64,000 bases of DNA from Lama glama (GCA_028534125.1 CM052817.1:81842001-81906000); one strand, 5' to 3'. Shown: positions 12,601 through 26,175, numbered from the stretch's first letter. The notes: generated from the sequence alone by a model not told the origin. Made by a program: numbers and translations.

Positions 12601-13574
12601 ACCACTTATTTTAACCACTGCAAATAGCAGTGCATAGTTTCCTAAAAGTCTGGTTTACTTTTAGTGGTGCTACATTCAGTTATTTACTTCTTGTGTGGTC
12701 CAGAAAGCAATGATTAAAAAGAAAAAAGTGTAAACAGCTACTGGGCATGTAAATAGCTACTGTTTATGCAGGAATTGTGATGACATTTCTAATGATACCA
12801 TGTAAATGGGAAACAAAACCAAACTTACAAATTATATTTCCTGGTTTTAGGGAGATTATTAAGGAAGCACATTAAAATAACCCCTGGTAATTTTCTTCAT
12901 TTATTCTATATCAGGTAGAAAGATCATTTTTAAATGACAGTGACTAGTGAGCTGGAAGACATAACTAAGAAAAGAAAGATTATTACCTAAGACAAGGAAC
13001 AAATGTAATTTTTAAAATATTGATTTGCATATAATTTACATTTAAGTTAATTGCAGGATTCTTCTTTTCATGTTAATATAATACAAAACCAGATAAGTAT
13101 TACCCAATTTTGGACTGTGTTCTGTTAAGAGTATCATATACTGAAGTCATTTTAAAACATAGACAGCCTATCTGGGATAAACAATTTAAATAAAAACTTT
13201 ATTGAAAGGAAAGTGTTAGAAATTAGATTTTAGAACATATTTGAGCTCTAAAAGCCTTTTGTTTCAATTTAATACCATATTTGAAACATTTCATAGAGAG
13301 AATTTTAAATATTCCAACTAATATCTGATCATTGTAAGCACTGCAATTTTAGGAGTTCTATTTCTAAGAAAAGACATTGTGAAAGCTGTTAATTTTACTT
13401 GTGCTTTTCTGAATAAGGAGTCTTTTTTCTATTCCAATAGAGGAAATGAAACATGGTACTTCTCTGATGTCAAGGCACTGATGCTGTAACAATTTTAAAT
13501 GTACTATGATTATGGAGGCAAATACCTTTAAACAGAATTGGAGTGGTAAGAGGATGCCAGTTTTTGTTGATTTC

Positions 13575-13780
13575 CAACTTATGTGTCACACACTGTACTA
13601 TATGTTGTACAAGTATTATCTAATTTGCTTCTCTCAGTAGTTATTTGAGGAACATAACAGTATCTCCATTTCATAGATGGAGCACCAAGGACCATGACAA
13701 TTTGAGTAAGTTGGTTTGTGGTAGAGCTGGATTTGCGTTGATTTGGTTCCAAAGCTTTTGTTCTTTCCACCACATTCTTC
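13575..13780 (-). mobile_element. MIR SINE
   Basis: tatctccatttcatagatggagcaccaagg...gtggtagagctggatttg...ttctttccaccaca. Confidence 0.7.
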
Positions 13781-14442
13781 TGCTCTTTAACTATTACACA
13801 TCATTGTCTGCTAATGTAATAGAAATAATGAGATTAAAAGAAAAAAAAAAACCCATAAATGTAAAAAAGAGCATTTGTTTGAGTCTTGACCTCTATCATA
13901 ACCAGGTCTTACTTTTTTGTTTGGAATATTTATATAATGAATATGCACTTTTTGAAAGCTGAATAATATAATCAAATAATATTTTTTAAAGAATGAATAA
14001 TCTTGCTTCAGAGAGCATCAATGAATTGTGTTAAACTATAAATCATGTTAAAAGGCAAGACATGCTGAGAATCACAGAAAATTTCTATTTGCTAAGGGTT
14101 GAATTCATGATTAACTGAATTAAATTAGATGTTAAAATAACTCTGAAAGCGCTGTCTCTATCACTGATACACCTAAACATATCTCCTAATTAAATACTTT
14201 AAAATGAATTAATCAATTTATGCCTTTAATGATGGCTTTGGAAGAAAGAAAAATATAATATTTAACTTCAATTTAGTTATTGATAATTAATATGGATTTA
14301 GTCATGAAAGAAGGGATAATATGGAGCCCACACTTATAAATACACCTATATATTAAAACACCTATGTACATATAACCCAGTATATCTAATGTGTGTGTTG
14401 CATTGAAGATTAGTGTTACTGTGCGTTAAGTTTTCCTTATAA

Positions 14443-14964
14443 TGTTGTCGAGTCCAAACTTGTTCTGCTTGCCACATGACAGGCCAATAAATCGAGAGAT
14501 GAGGTGTTGGGGCAAGAAATAACAACTTTATTCGGAAAGCCAGCAATCTAGAGGATGGCAGACTAATGTTTTGGAGAACTATCCTACTCAACTCAGAATT
14601 CAGACTCCTTTTATACTAAAAAAAGGGGAAGGCATGTAGTTGGTTGTTGCAAACTTATTGGTGTAGGAATTCTTTGTTCTTGTAGCTGTCCATGTGGGTC
14701 AGGTCATGGTGCCCCTGTAAAACCTTTAATAAAACAAATGTTATTTTCTGTTCTGCAATTTACTATCTTTATATAAGTGCAAAAATGTTAACATCCTTTA
14801 ATGTCAGAGCCTTGAGAATAAGCTCTCCTGTATATTTCAGGCTAAAGGCAACATTCTTTTACAAAAGGTGCACAGCTAGCAAGACTAAGCCTAGAAAACA
14901 GGGCACCGGGCTAAAGCCAAAGGAGCAGATCCAATATGGAGTCGGATTGCTCTTTTCTGTTACA
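14443..14964 (-). mobile_element. Solo endogenous-retrovirus LTR (ERV1-like), about 520 bp
   Basis: TG...CA termini (tgttgtcgag ... ctgttaca). On the minus strand, TATAAAA (14609-14615) precedes AATAAA (14527-14532), giving U3-R-U5 order. No clean TSD seen. Confidence 0.8.
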
Positions 14965-15244
14965 AAATGAGAACACCTTTGAGAGCTTTCTTGCAGTGTT
15001 TCTCAGTAGATAATTCAAGCAACTTCAGGTTTCCAGTTTCCTTCTGAGATGGAAGATGTATATAGAAACAGGAGAGTTGTTAATCGTTTTCCTGGCCATT
15101 GTATATGTTCACCATGTGAAAATCTTGTTTCTGCGCATTGTCACTGAGGCAAACCAAGGACTCCTAAATTAGAAGGGATAAGTGCTAAGACCTTGTCGTT
15201 TTTAAATTGTGAACAATTTATTTGCCTTTGTATTGCCTTCCCAT

Positions 15245-15410
15245 TCTCAACTTTCATTCCTGTATTCAGTATGCCAGACATGGGGTTTAGTACTGGAGAT
15301 TCAGATTTGCATTTTACAGATCTAGGCCTCCAGGGGACAAACAGTCTAACAGGAAGACAAACATCACATAAACCATTTTCAGAAAATGTAGACGATTGCT
15401 GTGATGAAAT
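15245..15410 (-). mobile_element. L2 LINE 3' fragment
   Basis: tatgccagacatggggtttagtactggagattcag...ggcctccaggggacaaacagtctaacaggaagaca. Confidence 0.6.
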
Positions 15411-16314
15411 AAAGTTTTACCAACTGATTATAGTAACTGGTTTCATACAATTGAGATTATCTTACTTAAGACTTTAGTTTTTGTGCTTCATAAGGGGTTA
15501 TCTGCATATTTTAAATTATTGGAAGTGAAATCATTTCCTTGGTCTCTATTCGGAGAAGACATCTATTAAACAATATCTATCTTTAATAGTTTCCTGTTTT
15601 TAAAATATTTGATACGAGTGCAAACTAAATAGTCACTGTGCAACTAAATAGAGCTTGATTTAAAGTATGTCTACCTTGGGCCTCATTTCAGAGATGCTTT
15701 AGTATCTGAGACACTCTTAGATGGTCTGAGGCAGCTTCTCAGTCCCAATGTGCCTTCCCTTCTTCCTGCTAGGACCCTGGGCTGTTCTGGGCTGCGTCTC
15801 TGCCCTGAAGAGCTACCTTTGCTCTACAGTGCCTCTGTGCATGCGTACATTTGATGAAGATGTGTATCTTGGTGAGGAACTCTATTCATTTGTCTTCAGC
15901 ATTATTTCTAAGTGTGATAATCATTATTAAACAAGAACAGTATGGCTAGTAAATAATATTATTGAACAATAATGGCAACTATCCGTAAAAGAATATGAAC
16001 TATTTATTAAGAAAAAGTGGCTATTTATGCTTTTTGATTCAAATCTCAAAGTAATGCTATGAAATAGATGTTGCATTTTAAAAACATTTAAAAGAGATTT
16101 ATTATCTATTTTTCAAAGGAATAACAGTAACAAAAAGTCAAAAGAGATCTTATTAAAAGTATTTATTCTTAGCATAGGGAACAACATTTTAAGATTGTAT
16201 ATACGTGCTTTACAAAGAATATTTATATCCAAGGTTTTGAAAGTAGAATCAGAAGGTGGAAAAGGACCAAAAGAAAAGCGATAAAGAGAATTTAGAAAAA
16301 TAAATTGTAAAACG

Positions 16315-16452
16315 TCAGTAGTTTTACAAATGAGAAAACTCAGGCTTAGGGAAAGATAAATTTGCACCCTCTGGGTCATACAATTAGCAAGGCCTAGAGC
16401 CAGGACTGGCCCGCAGGCACTAACTCCAAAACTCATCTGGACCAGTAGCACA
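16315..16452 (-). mobile_element. MIR SINE
   Basis: gttttacaaatgagaaaactcaggcttagggaaagataaatttgc...ggtcatacaattagcaaggc. Confidence 0.75.
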
Positions 16453-16805
16453 TTCTGACTGAAGTTTCTGATATAGATATCAGTTAGGGAGCTTTTAAAT
16501 AAGTAATTAGTATTTTCACTGTACCCAGTATATTATTTGTATAATTTTATATGTGTTTATAGCATAGATGGTTTTTAAGATCACTTTAAGCCTATTCTGG
16601 AATGAGTGATAAAAAATGGATTGAATGTAGAAGAGGATTTTAAGCAAATGAATCTGGAAAAACATTCTTTAAAATATCACTGACTTACACAAAATATGAG
16701 AATGTATGACAACATTTTCTTCAACGTGCTTTTTCAAGGCTTTTATTGTTTCTATTTTGTAGATGCATAATAAGCAAAATTTAAACTTGTAAAAATATTC
16801 CATTT

Positions 16806-16972
16806 CCATATGGTCTCAAAACTTAATGCACATGAGGATTCCTACGTGGATGCGTATTTTAAAATGCAGATTTTTTTTAGAAGATCCAAGAAACTTTAGA
16901 TCATGTCATTTTAACGAGTCCCTGAAGTGATTCTGATGCAAATAGCCCACTGACCTCATTGTAAGAAACTTT
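16806..16972. mobile_element. MER5-like hAT-Charlie MITE
   Basis: ggtctcaaaacttaatgcacatgaggattcc...ttaaaatgcagatt...cattttaacgagtccctgaagtgattctgatgca. Confidence 0.65.
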
Positions 16973-17359
16973 TCTTCTTTAATTGGTTAGGTTTTTTATA
17001 AGAGATTACTTACACTTTTGCAAATTTGGGAAGTTCTCTAAGTAGTAGTAGTGGTAGTAATAGTAGTAAGATTTACACATGGAGTCCCAGTGGGTACCTT
17101 TTCTCCTTTGATATCTTTTCAAAAATACTAGAATACTTTGGTTTTAGTCGACAAGCTGTGACAGGTGTCTGTGTCAACTAATGAAATACTAAAATGTAAA
17201 TTGAATAAATAAAAATGTACGTGCCCTATTTATTAATTAAGCTGGTGTAAATGTGTTATAAATAGCTATCCAGCTTTCAGAATCCCCTCCCTGCCTTCTC
17301 AGAAATTACTTTTAATGAGATAGCTTTTACGTATTTGTTTGTTTATTATTTATACATTT

Positions 17360-17489
17360 CCTTATTTTTTTAATGAAGTATACTCAGTTCACAATGTTGT
17401 GTCAATTTCTGGTGTACAGCATAATGTTTTAGTCATCTGTATACATACAAATATTCTTTTTCATTATAGGTTACTACAAGATATTGATC
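17360..17489 (-). mobile_element. 5'-truncated L1 3' end with perfect 11-bp TSD
   Basis: T-tract followed by aatgaagtatactcagttcacaatgttgtgtcaatttctggtgtacagcataatg (artiodactyl-type L1 3' UTR). TSD tttatacattt at 17349-17359 and 17490-17500. Confidence 0.85.
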
Positions 17490-20206
17490 TTTATACATTT
17501 ACTATACGTTTAGAAAGAAGATGAGAATGATAGATTTTTGTTGGTATTAGTCAAACTTTCAAAGATTAAATCATCTTACAAAGGGCAATATTTCCCAGGG
17601 AAATAAAGGAAAAAAGAACAATATGAAAGAAGCATATAGTGTTCCAAGTATAAGGGACTGGCTCTGTGAGTCTTCCCGAGGAGAATATATTTAAAAGGGC
17701 CTAAAATAAGGATTTTTTTTTGCTTTGAACAAAACGTATGAGACGTTTTTAAAAGTACATGAGGTAGCCTGAGGCAGTAGTTATATGATAATTTATGCTA
17801 ATATTAGAGACTCACACTTAATAACAAATCATATATTATGAACTCCACTGGCTTATTTGAGTAAGACCTCTTAGTGTTCATATTATGGTTCTATAACTGT
17901 GGAATTACTTTCAGCCTAGAGGTCCAAAGTGTTTCTTATTCCTGAAGTCACCTGAGAAGTGAAATATGAGGTATAGTAATACCCACTTATGAGAAAATTG
18001 ATCAGTTGTTAATAAAACTTGGACAAAATTTTAGGATTCCCTCATTTGTTCAGTTATTTTTTTTTAAGTTCTGACAATATATTGTACAATGTCTTTTAAT
18101 TTGTGTATATTTTCCTTTATCCAAAAAGCATTTACATTTACAAATAAGAGTATTTTTACCTGCCCACTCAAGATACAATCAGTAACTATAGATGTAACAA
18201 TCTATATGTAAAAGAGTAGGAGAACACTTGAAAGAAATTGCAGTTTAGCTTAATTGAAACATGTGCCTAGCCATCTGGAGCACTTCTGCATAAAATAAAG
18301 ACATTTGGCATTTTAAATAAAGGATTTTGAATTAAACCAGGAATCTTTTGTGTCTTCCAAAGACATTGATTTATTGGAACTATGTGTGGCTTTCCCTCAT
18401 ACAAAAGATTAATGATTTCCTAAATGTTCTTTCATTCCTTCTTTATATAAAATGAATCTATAACAGTTAAGCAAAAGGAAATCTTTGAGGTTCTATGCAC
18501 AAAGGTGACAGAAATATTGCAAAGTATTTTGTTTCGACAATTCATCAAATGATACAAAATATAAATTAACTTTAAAAATGAGCTTGGCATTATTGAATGT
18601 TGGTTGAATGAATTAATATCTTAATATTACATATGAGTGAATTTTGCAAAATATTAAAGAGTACCATAAAATAATTCTAACTTTTGATCTACAAATTTCT
18701 AAAATTTCAGCATGGTGATTGGTGCTGATAAACTTAAAGAATCAAACAGATCTGGACTTACCAATATGAACTAACTTACTTATATACAGGAATTTTTAAG
18801 AGTAAAATTTTTATTAAGCTCAAATAATTCTAAATATTATAGTTCAAGTGATTAAAATAGCTTTTATATTATGAAATTGAAATTACTATTGTATTTATTG
18901 TAATAGTTCTTAGTATTTTAATTTTTGAATATTATTTAAAATTTCTATTGAGATTACATACCTGACATTATACATTTATTATTTACAGTCAAAATAAGAA
19001 CCGAGTTACTTCTTCAGTGACCTATGTTAATGTAGAACGTTTATTTGGAGTGGTCACGAGAGAGAGAGATTTTTGTTACTTCTTGTATAGCTGCAAGTTA
19101 ACATGCAAATCTCCATAGTTAAACAAATTTGTTTCATATAACTACATATATTCAAGGTTGGGCAAAAGAATTAAGCCAAGAAAAACAGGAAAAAAATTTA
19201 GGACCACTAACAAAATCCTGAAAACCCACTTGAAAGTGAATGAATTTTATCAATTAGTTCTTTCTTGGCTGATTGGAGCTCCTTTTCACTGACTGGCACA
19301 TATATTCTGAATGAAAAATACAATTACATGTTAAAAAATGCCATGTTAATTGTGTGTAAAGCCTGTCTTATGATGTCAAAAATTATTAAATAGGTAGCTT
19401 ATCCTTTGAAAGGCATCTATTAAGTTTACCAATAATTATAATTGTATTGAGGTTTTATAGTTACTTGGTTTATCATTTTAAAACAAAGTGAGATGAGAAT
19501 TCCTGAGTTACTTCTTTGAGTATATGTTTGCATGAGAAACACATGGATTTGGCAGATAAATAAATAAATACAATTATTCTTTTAAATAAATAATTAAATA
19601 TACTTTTATATTTCGTTAGTTCTTACCTAGAGTAAGTGCATTCTAAGATTAAGTTTCCAATCATAATAATTTTTAGGTAACTTATTAAATTATTGCATGA
19701 TGTATTTTGTTAAATTTTATAGTGTTATTTGGGTTCTGATGTAAATATATCTAAATTAAAAAAAAAACTAAAATTATCTTTTTAACATTGAGAGCATGAG
19801 GTGTGAGTATGTCTTCAGAAGAGTAATATTGTTTAGCATATAACTGTTTGTTGGATGTATGAAAGGGTTAGCTTAATTTTGCTTCATATGAAAACATTTA
19901 GGTTTTTGTGGAGTTTTACATTTTAAGTCTCCTTTTATGTTTCAGGCTGCTGTTTCATTGTGTCCATTAGGTTATTATTATGACTGAGTGATGGTCATAC
20001 TATCTATTTTGGTTTTCTGCTTCCTATATTAGACAATACATTTTGATCTGTATTGTGTGTCATTTCATTATACTTGCAAAATACTTCTTTTCTTAAGAAA
20101 TTTACTTAGGCTGTTCCTACAAGTAACAAGGGTAGGGTCCAAGATTGGTTTCATAACTCTCTCTTATTCTCTCTCTGTCTCCAGTACATGCACGTTCACA
20201 GGTAAC

Positions 20207-20223
20207 TATATATATATATATAT
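20207..20223. repeat. (TA)8 microsatellite
   Basis: Direct reading. Confidence 0.9.
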
Positions 20224-20255
20224 CTCCATTAATTTAAGAGATGTGGTGAGTTCTT

Positions 20256-20376
20256 AATTTTTTGCGGGGGGTAGTTGAGTTTATTTATCTATTTATTTTT
20301 AAGGAGGTTCTGAGGATTGAACCCAGGGCCTCATGCATGCTATGCATGTGCTCTACCACTTGAGCTGCACCCTTCC
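20256..20376 (-). mobile_element. tRNA-derived camelid SINE (vic-1 type) with perfect 10-bp TSD
   Basis: Reverse complement reads ggaagggtgcagctcaagtggtagagcacatgcatagcatgcatgaggccctgggttcaatcctcagaacctcc (A box and B box) plus an A-rich tail. TSD gtgagttctt at 20246-20255 and 20377-20386. Confidence 0.88.
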
Positions 20377-22689
20377 GTGAGTTCTTTGTTAATAGCTTAC
20401 ATTTTAAACCAAAAAAATTATATCTCTGACGTTGTATTTTATTTTTGTTTAGGCTCCTGAATTAGAAAGATAACTTTTTTTTTACATTTTTTCTCTTATA
20501 TTCTTTTTTAGTATGAATATACTTTTAAATATTTAAAAAATCCTAAAATAAATAGTGTAATTGTCAAACTTCAATATGATCATGGCTAGCACTTAAAATT
20601 TTTGTAGATGCCATCATATATATATAATTTTATTCTTTATGGTAAGAACAACTGGTTGAAGAGAGAAACAAAATTTTTTATTATTCCACAGCTACAAACA
20701 TTAAAATAAGATCTAAAAGCCACTGTATAGAGCTTTTTTTTATTCATTTTCCTGCTGTTTTATGTCTTATTATATTAAATCAGGGTTTTTAAACAGAGAT
20801 TCGTCTGTGTGCAATTCTTTTGAATAAGTATTCTGAAGTAAATACATCAATGCTATATGGTTTGGATACTACACAATGGGTTGTAATTAACTATACAGGC
20901 CAATATTAGTTGTGTGAATGTTTTATTTACTAGGTAGCAAATGTTCTGCCCGATTTTAACACAATTTAAGTACGAGCTACACAAGCTTTAAGTAATCCAT
21001 CATTTTGCAGTTTTAAATCCTATACAGTGAGTTCTTCGTAAAGAAATGTGTGGTTTTTATCATCAGGCCTCCATATTTTTCTGTGTAAGCTGACGTACGT
21101 CTTTAGATTCTCTGCTTCTACCCTTCTGCATACTGAGAGCTTACTCTCCTTTGTCAGTGCAGACATTTTCAGAAACAAGTCAGTGTTTTACCTCAGTTAT
21201 GTTGAACTATCTCCACTGCTTTAAAAACAATGGTGAATTAAGTACCTTCCCTTCATGGGCCTGGTTACTTTCCAGCTGCCAAGGCTGAGGACCCCCTCTG
21301 CTTTACCTCCAGTACGTGCTACCACACAATTTCTGTTCTATTTTGGCCCCTAAATCAGTCAAGAATTTTCATCTCATTTACAATTCCAGTGATTAAAAAC
21401 AAATGATGAAATTTTAATTTTATTTCTTGATATTGTTTTAATAGCAGTTCTTAATAATTTTATTTAGCTCAGACTTTTGAACATATTTTTAAAAGTCTGA
21501 GTTTGTGTTGACTAATATGTGAAGCACTTCACTGCTTAAGAAAGTAAATTAAAAATAAATGTTGGTCCCACTCTGGAAGAAATTTTGAGAAACCACACTA
21601 CAGAAAAAAGAAATGTGGCAAAAATTGTGTGAAAGTAGACAAAATAAATGAGTTAACCACATAATTAAGTAGGTTAATTTGAAAGGGCTTCCAAAGAGAA
21701 GCTTCAACTTGGACTTCTGGGGTTTGCTGAACGTTAGATGGGCAGGGAGGGAACATTAGGCATCTTCTAAATGCAAATTCAACCCAGGACTGTGTACAAA
21801 GAGGACCCAGAATAGTAATTGAGCTGATCACAAGACCATGTATTAATGCAGATTTGGTTTGTGATGTCAGTCCAGGGAAGTGAGCAGAAGGAGTGCATTA
21901 GGACCCAGATATTTTCTTGTTATATTAAGCAATTGACATTTTTTTAATTTGTAAGGACTTCTCAAAGCTCAATTACTACAGTGCAGAAAGTTCCTAATGA
22001 GCATTGAGCAGTTCTGTAAATTTTGCCAAAACGTATCCAAGACATATTACATGTGGATTTTTAATAAGATTATTTGTTTTATAAATATATCATTTTAGTA
22101 TATTTTACCCTCAATTCCCCCTTCCTGTGGTCAATTTCCCAATTACCTTGAAAGATTCAGAAGCAAATTTATTAGGTAAATTATTTCACTTTTGTTGTAA
22201 TTGAACAAGCATAGCAAGAGTAGGAGCCCTGGTACCGATTTAATTTACTTTTCCTGTATAATATAGCAGATGGTCTCCTATATTAGACCATCTCCTATAT
22301 TGTATTTGTCATTATTGGCAGTACTGCTAGGTGGGATGTTACCTTGATTACAATATATTTAAATTACTTGTTTTAACTTTATTTCTTATAAGATGGATTC
22401 AGATTGCAAACCTATATTCATTAACCTATAATCAATGCAATTATATTGTTGTTAAACATACACTTTCTGATATATTTAAAGCCAGTCTATTCCCCTCAAC
22501 TACCCCTCCCCTCCATGAGTTTACTCATATGGAAATACTCCATTAGAACCAAAGTTTTCATTCCCCAAAATTCAAAATCATACCCCAAACACCAGTCCCC
22601 AGTTTGGAAATACCTAACTGCTACTGTTGTTTCTTTGTATGCTTTAGCTGAAGGATGTTACTTACCTTTCCTATATGGAAGATTCCTTC

Positions 22690-22975
22690 TCACCACTCAC
22701 TGTTTAGGTCAAAAATACCCTTGGGAAAAGAAATCCTCAGTTGCCTTACAAGTAGAATGAATTATTCCCTTCTCCTAAATTACTTAACATTTTATTCACA
22801 CTACACATGTCATGCTGACCATATTGAATTACAATTACTTGCATTTCCAACTGCCTCCCCACCAGATTATGACATCTTTGTGCCTGGACCACTTCTCACC
22901 CATCCCTGGGTCTCCATCTATAGTGGTGCCTAGAACATGATCGTGATCAATAAATGCTGAGAGAATGAATTCCCT
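22690..22975 (+). mobile_element. L2 LINE 3' fragment
   Basis: ctgcctccccaccagattatgacatctttg...tagtggtgcctagaacatgatcgtgatcaataaatgctgagagaatgaat. Confidence 0.65.
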
Positions 22976-25900
22976 GAAGTGAATTGTTATGAATCACTGG
23001 GTTTCATTTTCTTGAGACTGTGATAGCTGTTACTTTCGGATTATTTCCCTTTTACCTTTGGCGGATACATTTGTAATTTGGTAATAGAGAAAATTGCTAA
23101 TGGGGGAAAAAGATTCTCCTTTATTTAAAGTTGTACGGTAGCTGACATTTTCTTTTACACATTAAAGTGATCAACAAGTGTTTGTGAAATTGGTAAACTG
23201 GATGAACGTCCAGGTGCCTCCTGGAGGGAACAGAGCAGGTCACTGTCCTGCTTAATCACTTCATGTATTTTTACATTGGGGCAGGACACTGAAAAAATCT
23301 CTGTGAAAGAAAAATACTGGGCAGTGAAGGTGCTGCTGAGTTTGCCTCTTCTGTGCGTTTGATCTGAGGACTCTCTGACATGAGATGGTGCACTTCTGGT
23401 TTCTTTCCTGATAGCCTTCTGCTTAAGGCCAAAGAGAAATGTTTAAGACCTTTGACTACTGGGGAAAAAAAAGGAAAAGTGGTAATAATGATATGCATTG
23501 TTTTCCTTTTAGTAAATTATTTTTCTTTAATTTTTTCTGGTATTTTACCATTTAAATATAACTAATAGGAAAGATGATCTTCGATGCCAGGAAAAAGAAA
23601 AATTATATATCAACTATGTGTTATTTTTTCCTTCACATTCCTATTGATAGGAGAAAGCACAGCTTTTAAAAAATTCTTGTCTCTCAAGCCTACAGCTAGG
23701 GTGTAGACTTTCGGTAGCACTCCAAAATATTTTTCTAGCGTGTATTAATGGATTTTGATTTGTATTTGCATGTTGGAATTTCTTTGGTGTTTATAATTAA
23801 ATTTGAATGCACTTATAGTTTCAAAGGATTGTAGTTTACATAACTTACGTTAATAGCTATAATTGGAGTTACAGATTTATCCTCAAAGTGAAGTTTTACT
23901 GACAGCTATATTTTAAGTACATCTATACATACAGTGCTTTAAAAGTTAACCAGGCAGATTTTCCCAGCTGCCCAGCCAAAGAGCACTGTCCTCAGTGTCA
24001 CAGTTCAGCTGAGCTGTCGTTATCTGTATGAAGTCAATCTTTTGAAGAAGGCAATGAAGGTTTTTTCTTATTTAATTTGCTTTCAACCAGACCTCTCTCT
24101 CTCTTTTTTTTAATTTTAAGAAATGCTCTTAGTAGGTCATTAGACTTTGAGAGTTATTCACTTTGTTAGGCCAAACACTAAAACCTTCTGTCTTTTAACT
24201 CTGATTAGTGACACTTTAATAAAGTCATTTAAAGTTCAGTGGACTGAATTTTCCAACTTTTCTGATGTTTCTATGGTCACGGAAAAGCAACCTGTATTGA
24301 AGCTTGTATACAATCTTTTAAATGCAAATCTTGGAAAACTGTGTGTAATTTTGTATATCTGACTTCAGCGCTGACTGCAAGATGTGAGGGATTAAAATAA
24401 AAGCGGTTGCAGTGTTTTCCTTTTTTTTTGTTTTTCGAGTTGGGGTACAGTACGTGGTGGGAAATAGAGAAGTTGTCACTTGACTAAACTTGAGTCTTTG
24501 AGGATAAAAAATTGATGGATAAAACTTTTATAGCTATTTCTTTTTATTTTTTGACAAACCACTAGGACAAAACCTTATTTTTTCCCACATGACTAGATAA
24601 TAAGGATAATGCAAAACTATTGAATGAAAAATTTCTTAGAGATTGAGCTTTGAATTTTTTTTTTCCGAAAAAGTATGTCCAATTGGATATAATTAAATCA
24701 TGCACGGTGAACTCACTTTGGAGGAATTAATGCGTTTTGTATTGGATTGTGGACTTGAGTGAACATTTACAACACGTGAGAATGGAAAGGATGAAAAATT
24801 ATGGTTGTCTTTCGGTTCACAAGAAGCCAAGGAGGCCGGTCATTGACTTGATTTTCATGGGAAGACTGATTCTCGCCTGCTCGCATATTCAGGGGCCGAA
24901 CAACCTGGTATTGATAGCTGCAGTTTGGGAGGGGAACCAGGCAGCAAGCATTGTGCCATGGTTTGTTGAGGAAAAACAAGGGAAGATTTAAAACAAAGCT
25001 GTGAATAGGAACAGTAGTCCTTGTGTCCTGAGCTGCTTTCCCTCTGTAGTGCTTCGCGGAAGTGTTGCCCTTGTCTCTAAATAAGGTCTATACTGTGCGG
25101 AGAAAAATTTTTCAGTTATATTTCAGTGACTCTCACTTACACTCTTTGAAGGGAATAAGGTGAACATGATTAATTGCAGATGCCGTAAAAAAGCAGAAGC
25201 CTGAGAGGTAGGTCCAGTGTTAATCAAGGAATATATAAAAATACCAACGGTAAGAGGTTCACTTTTCCAAACCAAATGAATTTGTAGCCTTGAATTTTTT
25301 GGGGGTGGGATTTCTAAATCTTGGTATTAATGAATGTGAATATTTGTATTCTATATTCAGTTGTCTAGGAAATATGGCTCGACATTTATTGCCTTAGTGA
25401 ATCTTAAAAGACTTTTTTTCTTTTATATTAACTTACTTAATATGGATATTTCCTATGAATTAATTTTATGGAAATGCAACAGAAATGTTATTATGCAGTT
25501 GGGATCTAATCCCAACAATATCACATATTCATGAGGGGCTTAATGTTTGTGCTTAGCAAGTGAAAACATCAATAAATTATGACAAGGTAATCGAGAAAGT
25601 AGTCGCTAACAGTGAATATAGCGATATGTTGCATTTTTAATGAATAAGAAAGTATCCTGTGCAATGGTGAAAATGAATATTTATTTATGATGAAGCTGTC
25701 TTCTGAAAACTGATCAAAGAACAAGGGTGTTCTTTGAACTGGTATCTTGTGAGAATAACTGATACGAAATGCTTTACTTTTGGTTCCTATAACTTTAAGT
25801 AATGAACATCAACCATAGATATATATTGCCAACTTAATGTAATATATAGTTTAGGTCATACGCATACATAATATACAACATATATTCTCTCACTAAATAT

Positions 25901-26044
25901 ATTTCAGTCATAGGAGCTGTTTTATATGTAGAGATATAGACATATAGATGGAAAGGCCAACCCATTAAAAAATGATACAACAAAGTTAAAGGGAGAAAGA
26001 TCAGAAAAGCCAGTTCAGTAACATTTGCACATCTGCAGTATCTA

Positions 26045-26175
26045 GGGTACATGCTTCAGGAAGGTGGGGGACCCTTTCTGTCCTCACTTATCCTCAGTAC
26101 TGTATCCCCTGCACTGAGTGCAATGCCTGGCAGCTAGAGGGCAATCAGTAATGGTTTATTGAAGAAGGGAATAAA
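26045..26175 (+). mobile_element. L2 LINE 3' end
   Basis: actgtatcccctgcactgagtgcaatgcctggcagctagagggcaatcagtaatggtttattgaa. Confidence 0.65.

Noticed and set aside
12890..12922. Additional AG|GT motifs (e.g. tatcag|gtagaa; also near 33444 and 40468)
   Set aside because: Weak reconstituted donors or short pyrimidine tracts; within chance expectation.
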